Assembly (NCBI GenBank): GCA_003167475.1 | Contig: PMTB01000268.1 | Location: 1-40,411 of the forward strand | Length of the DNA stretch: 40,411 nucleotides | Origin: a candidate division FCPU426 bacterium | GTDB lineage: Bacteria > Oederibacteriota > PGYV01 > Palsa-1178 | Reading direction: 5' to 3' | Part shown: positions 19,381-28,924 of the stretch, piece by piece | Numbering within the stretch: the first letter of the stretch is position 1 | How the letters are laid out: each line of letters starts with the position of its first letter | The notes under the pieces: model-generated | The model's input: the letters and a program-made list of their open reading frames with translations, nothing else | Told to the model about the DNA's origin: nothing | The model's database searches: none | Position numbers and translations under genes: made by a program

Positions 19381-19968
19381 ATGAAAAGAATATTAATTAT
19401 CGCGGTGTTGGCCCTTGCCTTATCCGCGTCCTGCAAGAATGCCGCAAACCCTACGGGCCCTTTTGCGGCCGCCACTTTTTACAGTTTTGACTCCTCGCTT
19501 GACGGCTGGAACAGTATGGGAACAGCCAATGAAACGCTCTCCATTAATACTGACGCGGCATATATCAAGGCCGGGGCAGGGTCGGTGAAATGCACGGCCA
19601 CTCTTTCTTCAACCGGATCCAAAGCCATCATATTCTATAAAGCCTTTGGTACCAACCAGAGCCTGACAAGCCGGACAGTCACTCTCTGGGTGTACGTCCC
19701 AGTGGCTTTGTCTGCAATGAGCCCCGGATATTACATAGACCTGAATATCAAAAGGTCGAGTATGCCCAATCCCGACACAATTTACGGACCTGCCCTTAAC
19801 ACATCAGGATGGAAAAGCTGCACGTATACCATACCGGCATATTCTTCCGACGGGAACGTCACGCATGATTATTCCGACGTGACAATGATGTATTTCATCG
19901 TCGAAAATACCGGCCAAACGCCGGCCGACTGGACAGGGGATTTATACTTCGACGAGCTCAGCTGGTAA
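19381..19968 (+). CDS. Lipoprotein with galactose-binding-fold/CBM-like domain
   Basis: Lipobox SASC; YSFDSSLDGW start, LWVYVP, GWK and LYFDELSW end. Confidence 0.7.
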   Translation: MKRILIIAVLALALSASCKNAANPTGPFAAATFYSFDSSLDGWNSMGTANETLSINTDAAYIKAGAGSVKCTATLSSTGSKAIIFYKAFGTNQSLTSRTVTLWVYVPVALSAMSPGYYIDLNIKRSSMPNPDTIYGPALNTSGWKSCTYTIPAYSSDGNVTHDYSDVTMMYFIVENTGQTPADWTGDLYFDELSW

Positions 19969-20364
19969 TAAAGTTTTCTGATGGAAATTTTATTAGGTTT
20001 GAGGAGTAAGGGCGGGCTGGTTTAAAACAACTGACATTTTTTCCTGTTTTTTCCATCGTTGGACTTCCAAAAAATATATGCAACCGTTTTTGTATAATTA
20101 TAAAACCACGGGTCGACAAATAAAATACACTTTCGTATTTTTCCTCCTCTGATTAACTCTTTAAGCAAAAACGCCTATTTTCAACTATTTTAATTTCATT
20201 TTCACGTAAAATCGAGCCAGTTTTAAAGTTAAGAAAACGTTGGTAATTATTTTGTTATTGGGCAAAAATTTGCTTTATAAACGGCGGGTTGTTATTATCA
20301 ATATAAGAAGAACGCATTGGTCTTACAGAACACTGTAACGTTATATCGTTTAAACAGTAATTAA

Positions 20365-20382
20365 TTGTGATATACGTCACAA
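20365..20382. promoter_or_regulatory. CRP/FNR- or Rex-type operator
   Basis: TTGTGA-TATACG-TCACAA (TGTGA-N6-TCACA), 66 bp upstream of ATG 20449. Confidence 0.65.
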
Positions 20383-20448
20383 AAATACAAGTTGTTTTGA
20401 AGTTGTAAGGATCAAAGAGACTTACTTGTTTCTAAAACGGGGGCATTT

Positions 20449-22971
20449 ATGATTTTAGACGCTATCTATTCAGGCATACAGAAAAGGACATTTCCCAGGG
20501 CGATATTCGGTTGCTTATTTCTGATTCTTTTTTTTCCCGCTTTAACCCGGGCTGCCATCATTAACGGTGATTTTGAAAATGGTATGACGGGTTGGACCGT
20601 CACCACTCAATATGTCAGCGCGACCGCCCTCAGCACAAACTCAGTAGGCGATAAATTTCCATACGCGACAACCATAACCCCCGGCGTCGCCCCGTATTCC
20701 ACAAACATGACGTCCGGGGCGTTTCTTAACGATGTATATGCCGGAAATTATTCAGCCAAATTATTTTCCGGTTACGGGGAAAACGGGAGGGTCGACTGGT
20801 CGAGGATACAGCAGACCGCGGCCGTGCCGGACGGGTACTGTTACCTGGAGGTATATCTTGCAATGGTCCTGCCGGGATACCATCTTACGCAGGGCCAGCC
20901 GAACGACGACCCTTATGTGGAATTTGATGTGTTTAACAGCACTACGGGAGCCACCCTTTATAGCAAAACCTACAGGTTTGGAGACCCGGCGCTGCAGCCT
21001 TTGTTGATCGACGGCAATACAACAACCGCGTCAGGAGGGCCGTTTAAGTTCCTGCCGTGGACAAGGATATTGATAGACCTTACTGCATTCAGCGGACAGA
21101 CAATCACCATAGCCTTTACCGCCAACAAGTGCGCCCAGACCGAGCATTTTTCATACGCTTACCTTGACAATGTGAGTTTCCTTCCGTGCAACACGCCTAC
21201 TGTGACCAAAACAGTGACGCCGACCAGGACCATTACAAGGACAATAACCCCGACAAATACAATAACCCGGACCGTCACGCCGACATTTACGCCGAGCTTT
21301 ACAGTGACAGTTACGGTTACAGTTACCGTCACAAAAACTTTTACCCCGACCTTCACACCCACTTTTACCGTGACATACACGCCGACCTTCACCGTGACCA
21401 AAACCCCCACTCCCACCTTCACGCCGACCTTTACGGTGACTTTTACCAGGACAGATACCCCAACTTTGAGCCCGACCGTAAGCAAAACAATTACGCCCAC
21501 TGTCACAGCAACGCCGACGTACACGGACACCGTTACTTCCACTCCTACGTTCACGGCCACACCGACTTTTACCATGACCTTTACCCAGACCGACACGCGG
21601 ACTTTTACGCCCACATTTACGGCCACGCCGACGTTCACCATGACCTTCACGCTGACCGATACGCCCACATCCACGCCCACATTCACCTGTACTAGTACAA
21701 TGACCGCCACCCCGACTCAGACCCCCACGTCTACTTTTACAATGACATTCACGGATACATACACATGCACGGACACAAAAACAAATACTCCGACTTTTAC
21801 GTCAACTCCGACCTTTACGGAGACGTTTACATTCACAAACACGCCAACATTCACGGCCACTTATACATCCACATTCACAAGCACCGCGACGCCGAGTTTC
21901 ACCCCCACATTTACGCAGACCTCAACCGCGACAATAACGCGCACGGTTACGGACACAAATACCCCGCCGCCGTCGCCCACTATCACGCCTACGCCGCTTA
22001 AAGGCGGATATCTGATCACTATAAAGGTTTACAATGAAGCCGGCGAAGTGGTCCGCACGATAGCCGTACTGCCGTCATATGACCCCATTACAAACATCAT
22101 TACAAGCATAAACGGGGACACGGGCGCTACGGCAATCGGCTACGGCGGGATAATGAACATATTACTGCCCGGTGTGGGATTGAACGGGTCGGACGTGAAT
22201 ATTACATGGGACGCGAAAACAGACGGCGGGCAGTACGCGGCATCAGGGTCCTACTCGATCAGGGTCGAGCAGGTTGACACGTATAACCGCGAAAAAGATA
22301 CGATTATCCAGGTCACGGTGATAAGAAATGAAACATACATACAAATGAACGTTTATAACAGCGCGGGCGAGCTGGTAAGGCAGGTCACAAATTATGACTT
22401 TGTCATGCCCCCTGATTTTACGCCCGGTCCCGGGGTCGGCGTGAATATGGATATTCCGCCCCTGGTAATTTCCAACAAAGGTGACCCGTCCACGGTGCAG
22501 ATAAGGTTCGGGTCCGCGACCGAAGACTTCATGCTATGGGACGGGAAGAACAATTTCGGTCAAGCGGTCTCAAGCGGTGTGTATGAGGTAAAAATCGTTA
22601 TTAAAACCGAATCATTGCTGATAACCGTCGCCACGGACAGCGTGACCGTTTTAAAAGAGGACAGTGTGATATTAAGCAACCTGAAGGCCGTGCCGAGCCC
22701 GTATGACGGCACCGGGCCGGGCATAGAACTTCGTTGGGATTCCGGGTTGACAGGCGAAGTTACCGTAAATATTTATAATTTAAACGGCGAGGTTGTGCGC
22801 GTAATGCACGAGAAACTTGAAAGCACGAGTGCCATGTGGGATATCAGGACCTCCAGCGGCAATCTTGTATCAAATGGTATATATATAGCAGTGCTGCAGG
22901 GAATTTCGTACGACGGAAACAGGGGAACCAGGAAGTTGAAAATAGCGGTTAACAGGAGGACAGGGCTGTAG
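20449..22971 (+). CDS. Secreted protein: N-terminal CBM-like domain, ~270-aa Thr/Pro linker, three tandem FlgD-Ig-like domains
   Basis: Signal peptide; INGDFENG..W domain; three copies of (V/I)YNxxGE(V/L)VR...WD...(S/N)GxY. Confidence 0.85.
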   Translation: MILDAIYSGIQKRTFPRAIFGCLFLILFFPALTRAAIINGDFENGMTGWTVTTQYVSATALSTNSVGDKFPYATTITPGVAPYSTNMTSGAFLNDVYAGNYSAKLFSGYGENGRVDWSRIQQTAAVPDGYCYLEVYLAMVLPGYHLTQGQPNDDPYVEFDVFNSTTGATLYSKTYRFGDPALQPLLIDGNTTTASGGPFKFLPWTRILIDLTAFSGQTITIAFTANKCAQTEHFSYAYLDNVSFLPCNTPTVTKTVTPTRTITRTITPTNTITRTVTPTFTPSFTVTVTVTVTVTKTFTPTFTPTFTVTYTPTFTVTKTPTPTFTPTFTVTFTRTDTPTLSPTVSKTITPTVTATPTYTDTVTSTPTFTATPTFTMTFTQTDTRTFTPTFTATPTFTMTFTLTDTPTSTPTFTCTSTMTATPTQTPTSTFTMTFTDTYTCTDTKTNTPTFTSTPTFTETFTFTNTPTFTATYTSTFTSTATPSFTPTFTQTSTATITRTVTDTNTPPPSPTITPTPLKGGYLITIKVYNEAGEVVRTIAVLPSYDPITNIITSINGDTGATAIGYGGIMNILLPGVGLNGSDVNITWDAKTDGGQYAASGSYSIRVEQVDTYNREKDTIIQVTVIRNETYIQMNVYNSAGELVRQVTNYDFVMPPDFTPGPGVGVNMDIPPLVISNKGDPSTVQIRFGSATEDFMLWDGKNNFGQAVSSGVYEVKIVIKTESLLITVATDSVTVLKEDSVILSNLKAVPSPYDGTGPGIELRWDSGLTGEVTVNIYNLNGEVVRVMHEKLESTSAMWDIRTSSGNLVSNGIYIAVLQGISYDGNRGTRKLKIAVNRRTGL

Positions 22972-23106
22972 AATAATGGCCGGCCGCTGATTCTTAAGAA
23001 AGCCGGGCAAAAGTATTTAAGGCGCCGCAAAGGGCGCTTTCATAAACATCCTTATTTCTAAGGCGGAAAAAAGCAAAAAAACATGCGATATTTAATTAAA
23101 ATATTA

Positions 23107-23134
23107 TTGACATAACGGATAAAAAGTGTAAAAT
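23107..23134 (+). promoter_or_regulatory. Strong sigma70 promoter with AT-rich UP-like region (stable-RNA type)
   Basis: TTGACA-16 bp-TAAAAT preceded by an AT-only tract. Confidence 0.7.
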
Positions 23135-23240
23135 ATAGCCTTGCTGTCTTGATACAGCTGTAGAATCATGGAAGTTAAGGTAATCCCTTGTTTTCCTGAT
23201 TTAAAAGCAAACAAAACAAGCAGATTTTTATTTTTTTTTG

Positions 23241-23253
23241 TGTTCTTTAAAAA
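23241..23253 (+). promoter_or_regulatory. boxA-like Nus antitermination site
   Basis: TGTTCTTTAAAAA versus consensus TGCTCTTTAACAA, followed by GT-rich TTGTGTCGG. Confidence 0.55.
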
Positions 23254-23357
23254 CAAAGCAGTTGTGTCGGCGACAGTAGGCCGGTATCGGCCTTCCGATA
23301 GGCTGAGTGGAATGACTGATGATAAGGTGTTCGCCTTAAGGCGAATACAGGCAGCCA

Positions 23358-23400
23358 AGCTCAGTTACACGTTGCCCTTTGGGCAACGTGTAACTGAGCT
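23358..23400. repeat. Perfect 20-bp inverted repeat
   Basis: AGCTCAGTTACACGTTGCCC-TTT-GGGCAACGTGTAACTGAGCT. Confidence 0.9.
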
Positions 23401-23468
23401 CCTTAGCTTGTAAATTATGCTGGGCGAGTTTAACAGAGACAGTTGGATAGAATATAAAATAATTAGGT

Positions 23469-23544
23469 GGGCCGGTAGCTCAGTTGGTAGAGCACCGCCC
23501 TTTTAAGGCGGGCGTCGCGAGTTCGACTCTCGCCCGGCTCACCA
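23469..23544 (+). tRNA. tRNA-Lys (anticodon TTT)
   Basis: 76-nt cloverleaf: GGGCCGG/CCGGCTC acceptor stem, AGCTCAGTTGGTAGAGC D-arm, CCGCC-CTTTTAA-GGCGG anticodon arm, GTTCGAC T-loop, encoded CCA. Confidence 0.97.
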
Positions 23545-23745
23545 GAAATTTTCGCTCAAGCGAAAATTTGGAGCAAGTGAGCAGATTGACACGCCTTCGT
23601 TAATACTTTGGCGTGCGAGCCAGTTGAGCAGGTTGACAAACAAGGCTTTTGCGAACCTGCGGTCAAACTGCTCAATCTGTTTAATCTGCTCAGGTTCAGG
23701 TTTGTTTGAAAACAGAAGACGGAACATACATAAGGAGGCTTTACA

Positions 23746-24057
23746 ATGTACGCAGTGGTTGAGATCGGCGGGAAGCAGTACAAGATGGCTGAAGGCCAGG
23801 TGGTAAAAGTCGAACAGATTATCGGAGTTGGCAAAGAAGTCACTTTTGACAGTGTTCTTTTAATAGCCACAGAAGGCGAGATCAAGGTTGGCAAGCCCAA
23901 ACTTGAGAACGTTAAGATAGTTTGCCAGGTTTTGGACGCGGAAGTGAAAGGCGAAAAGTTCATGGTTTTCAAATGGAGGCGCAGGAAGAACTCCAAGAAA
24001 CGCATGGGCCACAGGAGAAAATTCACGGTGCTCAAGGTAAAATCAATACAACTGTAG
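23746..24057 (+). CDS. rplU: 50S ribosomal protein L21
   Basis: MYAVVEIGGKQYK...GHR; AAGGAGG SD. Confidence 0.98.
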   Translation: MYAVVEIGGKQYKMAEGQVVKVEQIIGVGKEVTFDSVLLIATEGEIKVGKPKLENVKIVCQVLDAEVKGEKFMVFKWRRRKNSKKRMGHRRKFTVLKVKSIQL

Positions 24058-24104
24058 AAATAACAGTTTAAATTTAAAAATCAGGTTAGGATGGTGAAGC
24101 TCAA

Positions 24105-24368
24105 ATGGCACACACGAAGGCACAGGGCAGTTCAAGGAACGGAAGGGATTCAGCCGGCCAGAGGCTCGGCGTTAAGGCATACGGAGAGAACCTCGTCACA
24201 GCTGGTTCCATTATTGTAAGGCAGCGCGGAACGAAGATCAAAGCGCACCTCAATGTAGGCATGGGCAAGGACCACACCCTTTTCGCGAAGGTAAACGGCA
24301 TTGTGAAATTCGAAAAGACAGGAAAAGGCAAGTTTGTGAGCGTAATACCGGTAGCCGCGGCACAGTAA
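24105..24368 (+). CDS. rpmA: 50S ribosomal protein L27
   Basis: [24 protein letters not shown]...IIVRQRGTK. Confidence 0.98.
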   Translation: MAHTKAQGSSRNGRDSAGQRLGVKAYGENLVTAGSIIVRQRGTKIKAHLNVGMGKDHTLFAKVNGIVKFEKTGKGKFVSVIPVAAAQ

Positions 24369-24389
24369 ATTCACAGTTTATATTATTAT

Positions 24390-24418
24390 AAGCGGGCCTT
24401 ATGGCCCGCTTTTTTTTT
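24390..24418 (+). terminator. Intrinsic terminator
   Basis: AAGCGGGCC-TTAT-GGCCCGCTT followed by a T run. Confidence 0.9.
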
Positions 24419-24497
24419 GCCGCTTTTCCCCGGATTAAATATGCTATAATTGTGATGGTTGCTTTGTTTTAAAAAACATCCCGCGAGAAGGTGTAAG

Positions 24498-26171
24498 TTG
24501 AGCTTAAAAGAAAAAATTCCGGGTTTTTACGCGGCCGCGGTATATATATGGAACAGCACCGTGAAGGCATTTTTTAACATAAAAAATTTTCATGTCTTCC
24601 TTTTTTCCGCGTATCCTGTGCTTTTTCTCTATGAAAATAACTGGAAATACCTCGGTTTTAATGAGATTATATTTCCGCTGTGCCTTGTCATGGCCGGCGC
24701 TTTCGCGCTTTTCTGCCTGGTAAACCTCATTGTCCGCGACGGGCTAAAAACCTCGGCAATGGTCTCTCTTTTTCTGGTGGTGTTCTTTTCCTACGGACAT
24801 GTTTATTCGTTGTATATGGACCACTTCCACGGGCATACCGGGCACGGCCCCCTGCTTACTTTTACCGTCCTGTTTTACCTGGCCCTTATCCTGCCGGTTT
24901 TTTTATATCCAAAGTTCAGGGACGTTTTTGTAAGGTATCTGGGTGTATTGTCGGTGCTGCTCATAACGGTCACCATATTACGGTTTACCGGAACGGGCAT
25001 ACATAATTTTAAGGAGTATCTGTCCAATCCCAACGCCAATGCCTTTGCCAACGCCTATAAAAACACCGCCAGTCCGGCGGTGCCTTTTGACGTAAAAGAT
25101 CACAGTGACGACCCCGACATATATTACATAATCCTCGATTCGTATTCCAACTCGCGCGCACTTAAGGAATATTACCGGTTTGACAACGGCGCTTTTATTT
25201 CCTGGCTGAGAAAAGCCGGGTTTGTACTGCCTAAAAATCCATGGACCAATTATTGCCAGACAGCGCTGTCCCTGGGCTCCTCGCTTAATATGGATTATCT
25301 GTTTAACCTGACAAAGGTACCGGACGAAAAGACCAATGATGACAGGTCATACATGTCCAAACTCATAGAGAACAGCGCCGTAAGCAGGTACCTGAAATCC
25401 ATCGGATATACCACGGTCAAGTTCTTATACGGCTATGACATCACGGATGCCTTTAAGGCGGATGTGATAATAAGTTCCGCGGGCGATTACTTTATTCATG
25501 AGTTTGAGAACGAACTCGCCAACACAACCCTGCTTATAAGCTTTAAGATTTTTATGGAAAGCCAGGGTGAGATCGCCGCCAAATCGCGCAGGGTAATGAC
25601 CATGCTTGAGGGGCTGCCTATGGTGGCCACAAAGATCAAATCGCCAAAATTTGTTTTTGTGCACATACTTGTCCCGCACCCGCCTTTTGTTTTTGACAAG
25701 GACGGGATGACCGATAAATACATCAACGCGACCGAGTCGCCCGGGGATGAGCCGAGTTCGGAGCTGACACGCGTTTATAAGGAAGGCTACATAGGGCAGA
25801 TTGAATTCATAAACAATCGTATAGAGCAGGTTATCCAACAGCTGATCCAGAATTCATCAAGGCCGCCGGTAATAATACTTCAGGCCGATCATGGCTCCGG
25901 AATGACTTTTTTTCGCCAGCTGAAAAACACGAATATCTACGACAGATTCTCGATCTTAAACGCATATTACCTGCCGCTCGGGGGAAGTTCGGTTATTTAT
26001 AACGGCATAACTCCGGTTAACTCTTTCAGGATGATATTGAATTACTATTTTGGGACCAACTACAGCAGGCTGCCGGAAAGGAGTTTCTTCTCGGCATTTT
26101 TCAGTCCATATAATTTTACAGAAATAACCGACAGCCTGAAAAAACACAATATTGATGGTCCGGCCCGTTAA
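24498..26171 (+). CDS. Membrane-anchored alkaline-phosphatase/sulfatase-superfamily protein (LtaS/EptA-like topology)
   Basis: About five N-terminal TM helices, then PDIYYIILDSY, FVHILVPHPPF and LQADHG motifs; TTG 24498 after GAAGGTG (start uncertain). Confidence 0.75.
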   Translation: MSLKEKIPGFYAAAVYIWNSTVKAFFNIKNFHVFLFSAYPVLFLYENNWKYLGFNEIIFPLCLVMAGAFALFCLVNLIVRDGLKTSAMVSLFLVVFFSYGHVYSLYMDHFHGHTGHGPLLTFTVLFYLALILPVFLYPKFRDVFVRYLGVLSVLLITVTILRFTGTGIHNFKEYLSNPNANAFANAYKNTASPAVPFDVKDHSDDPDIYYIILDSYSNSRALKEYYRFDNGAFISWLRKAGFVLPKNPWTNYCQTALSLGSSLNMDYLFNLTKVPDEKTNDDRSYMSKLIENSAVSRYLKSIGYTTVKFLYGYDITDAFKADVIISSAGDYFIHEFENELANTTLLISFKIFMESQGEIAAKSRRVMTMLEGLPMVATKIKSPKFVFVHILVPHPPFVFDKDGMTDKYINATESPGDEPSSELTRVYKEGYIGQIEFINNRIEQVIQQLIQNSSRPPVIILQADHGSGMTFFRQLKNTNIYDRFSILNAYYLPLGGSSVIYNGITPVNSFRMILNYYFGTNYSRLPERSFFSAFFSPYNFTEITDSLKKHNIDGPAR

Positions 26172-26246
26172 AGGCTGCGGTAAAAACAATCGAAATCCCC
26201 GTTGTTTTATGTGGTATAATGTCTAAAATTCAAAGCGGAGAATAAA

Positions 26247-27500
26247 ATGTTCATAGATCACTCAAAGATAAAAGTCATATCAGGCAAGGGCGGGGACGGG
26301 GCCAATACTTTCCGGCACGAAAAATTCACCCCCAAGGGCGGTCCTGACGGCGGGGACGGCGGAAGGGGCGGGCATATCATATTTGAATCCGACAGGAACA
26401 TGACCACCCTTATTGATTTCCATAATAACAAACAGTTTAAAGCCAAAGAAGGCGGCAAGGGATTCGGGTCAAAAATGCACGGCAGGAACGCGGAAGATAT
26501 TACCCTGAGAGTGCCGCTGGGGACCATGATAAAGGATACCAGGACCGGGCTGCTGATCAAGGACATGACTACGGACAAGGAAACATTTATAGTGGCAAAA
26601 GGCGGCCGGGGCGGCAGGGGTAACTGGCATTTCAGAACATCCACAAGACAGGCGCCGACATTCTATGAAAAAGGCGAGCCTGTTGAGGAAAAGGAAATAA
26701 CCCTTGAGCTTAAGATCATGGCGGACGTCGGGATCATCGGGATGGCGAACGCGGGCAAGTCGACTTTATTGTCAAAGATATCGAACGCGCACCCGAAGAT
26801 AGCCGACTATCCTTTCACTACGCTCTCCCCGGTGCTCGGAATAGTAAAATACGGGGATGTGGACTCTTTCGTGGTAGCCGACATTCCCGGCCTTATAGAG
26901 GGAGCTTCCCACGGCAAGGGCCTCGGGTTTGATTTTTTAAGGCATATCGAAAGGACGAGGCTTTACATACACGTGGTGGACCCGACCCAGGGCAACGCGT
27001 ACAGGAATTATATAATGATCAACAAGGAATTGAAAGCATACGATAAAAAACTTATAAAAAGGCCGCAGATAGTCGTGGTCAATAAGACGGAACTGCTCAG
27101 CCCAAAGGAAATAAAGCAGATCAAGGCTGATTTTAAGAAAAAGAAGATAGAGATCGACATGATATCGGCCAAAAATAATGTGGGGCTGGACAAAGTGCTG
27201 CATAAAGTCTACAAATTGTTCAAAAAACTCGAGCCTTTGCCGGAGGAAATGCCGCAGGCCATACCCGAAGTGCAGGACAAATTATGGCTTGAAAAAGAGG
27301 ACGAGGGAGTTTATATTTTAAGGAGCGTCAAGGTTGAGCGTTTTGTCTCCATGCTGGATTTTAAATCCGACGAGACGCTGCTGGTCTTCAGGAAATACCT
27401 GGAAAAAGAGGGCCTGAATGATTTCTTCAGGCATAACGGAGTGGAACCCGGGGACGCGATAATCATCGGGGATAAGGAATTTGTATACGAGGAAGGATAG
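26247..27500 (+). CDS. obgE: GTPase ObgE/CgtA with C-terminal extension
   Basis: PKGGPDGGDGGRGG, GMANAGKST, YPFTT, DIPGLIEGAS and FLRHIER motifs. Confidence 0.98.
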   Translation: MFIDHSKIKVISGKGGDGANTFRHEKFTPKGGPDGGDGGRGGHIIFESDRNMTTLIDFHNNKQFKAKEGGKGFGSKMHGRNAEDITLRVPLGTMIKDTRTGLLIKDMTTDKETFIVAKGGRGGRGNWHFRTSTRQAPTFYEKGEPVEEKEITLELKIMADVGIIGMANAGKSTLLSKISNAHPKIADYPFTTLSPVLGIVKYGDVDSFVVADIPGLIEGASHGKGLGFDFLRHIERTRLYIHVVDPTQGNAYRNYIMINKELKAYDKKLIKRPQIVVVNKTELLSPKEIKQIKADFKKKKIEIDMISAKNNVGLDKVLHKVYKLFKKLEPLPEEMPQAIPEVQDKLWLEKEDEGVYILRSVKVERFVSMLDFKSDETLLVFRKYLEKEGLNDFFRHNGVEPGDAIIIGDKEFVYEEG

Positions 27501-27540
27501 TTTTTAAGAATAATCGGTAATTACAAATTTGAAACGCGGC

Positions 27541-27564
27541 GTAGGGAACGCATATATGCGTTCC
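27541..27564 (+). repeat. Single GTAG-type REP-like palindrome
   Basis: GTAG followed by the perfect 20-bp palindrome GGAACGCATATATGCGTTCC. Confidence 0.75.
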
Positions 27565-27586
27565 GCCGGGGCAAACGGAGCGTCTT

Positions 27587-28687
27587 ATGTACAAACGCAT
27601 TGTGGTAAAGGTAGGAACAAACCTGTTAACCGACGGCAAGGGAATCAAAAAGACATTTTTAAACTCCCTTGTTGGCCAGCTTAGCAGCCTCCATTCAAAG
27701 GGCAAAGACATCATCCTTGTCACGTCGGGCGCCATCGGCATGGGCATTAAAAAACTCGGAATGGATAAAAAACCCACAGCCATTTCGGAAAAGCAGGCGG
27801 TTGCCGCAGTCGGGCAGATCGTGCTCATGCAGTCTTATGAAACGGCGTTTACTTCAAATAACATTTCTGTCGCACAGGTGCTCCTCGGCCACGATGACAT
27901 AAAGAACAAAACCAAAAATGCCAACGCGAGGAACACGCTTAACAAACTCCTTGAATGGAAAGTGATACCCGTAATTAATGAGAACGACACCGTCGCCACC
28001 GACGAGATCAAGTTCGGCGATAATGACACCCTGGCAGGCATAGTGGGCAGCCTTGTTTCGGCCGATATGGTCATCATCCTTACATCGGTCGACGGCATAT
28101 ATGACAAGAACCCGGACTGCAACGCCGACGCGAAGATCATCAGCGAGATCACGGACATCAATGAAGCCATTAAGAATATAAACACGGACGGCCACACAAG
28201 CATGGGTACGGGCGGTATGATAACAAAGCTCGAGGCCGCAAGGAAACTTAACTATGTGGGAATACCGCTGGCCATAGCCAACGGCAACAAAGAAGGCGTC
28301 ATAGAGCATATAGTATCCGGGAAGAACGGCGGGACCATAGTCAGGCAGAAGGATATTAAAGTAGGGTCAAAAAAGACGTATATACTCATGTCTTTGAAAG
28401 AAAAGGGCAAGATCAAGGTTGATGACGGTGCTAAAACAGCGCTTTTAACATCCGGAAAAAGCCTGCTTGCGGTGGGTATTAAGTCCGTCAGCGGAGAATT
28501 TAACTTTGGCGACGCGGTTGAGATAGTGGACGGGGACGGCAATAAACTGGGCAAAGGCATAACCAACTATTCCTCGGAAGACGTGGCCGCGATAAAAGGC
28601 AGAAGGAACGCGGAGATAAAAAAGGAACTAGGGGATTTGTTCTATGAGGAAGTTATAAACAGGGACAATCTGTTTATATATAAATAG
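27587..28687 (+). CDS. proB: Glutamate 5-kinase with PUA domain
   Basis: VVKVGT, VTSGAI, PVINENDTV, FGDND, GTGGMITK motifs; C-terminal PUA (GKSLLAVGI). Confidence 0.97.
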   Translation: MYKRIVVKVGTNLLTDGKGIKKTFLNSLVGQLSSLHSKGKDIILVTSGAIGMGIKKLGMDKKPTAISEKQAVAAVGQIVLMQSYETAFTSNNISVAQVLLGHDDIKNKTKNANARNTLNKLLEWKVIPVINENDTVATDEIKFGDNDTLAGIVGSLVSADMVIILTSVDGIYDKNPDCNADAKIISEITDINEAIKNINTDGHTSMGTGGMITKLEAARKLNYVGIPLAIANGNKEGVIEHIVSGKNGGTIVRQKDIKVGSKKTYILMSLKEKGKIKVDDGAKTALLTSGKSLLAVGIKSVSGEFNFGDAVEIVDGDGNKLGKGITNYSSEDVAAIKGRRNAEIKKELGDLFYEEVINRDNLFIYK

Positions 28688-28731
28688 CGGTTTAATTTTT
28701 TTGGATTATTGTTTGGATAAAAAGGCAGGCT

Positions 28732-28883
28732 GTCATTGCGAGGATCCGTTCCTGTTGTTTGGCGACGAAGCCTACAGTCCATGGAACATGGAAATCTCTG
28801 TTCCACGATAAGCCTTAGACTACGGTTCTCCACAAAAGTACAGAGATTGCTTCGTCGCTGAAAAGCTCGCTCCTCGCAATGAC
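28732..28883. mobile_element. 152-bp MITE/RPE-like palindromic element
   Basis: Perfect 13-bp terminal inverted repeats GTCATTGCGAGGA/TCCTCGCAATGAC plus internal GCGACGAAGC/GCTTCGTCGC and AATCTCTGT/ACAGAGATT inverted pairs. Confidence 0.75.
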
Positions 28884-28924
28884 GGTCCATAGAACACAAA
28901 ACAATCCGTTTCGGAAAGGCAGTT

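Noticed and set aside
21159-21710. Val-rich antisense ORFs (also 24-278, 324-806, 15127-15513, 17461-17790)
   Set aside because: They are mirror images of ACN-rich Thr linkers on the coding strand and lack RBSs.
23358-23487. AGCTCAGTT shared by the 20-bp hairpin and the tRNA D-arm; possible att site or tRNA fragment
   Set aside because: Only a 9-nt match, no integrase nearby, and no duplicate of the tRNA 3' end seen.
24058-24104. Missing prp (ysxB) between rplU and rpmA
   Set aside because: Expected: this L27 has no N-terminal extension needing cleavage.
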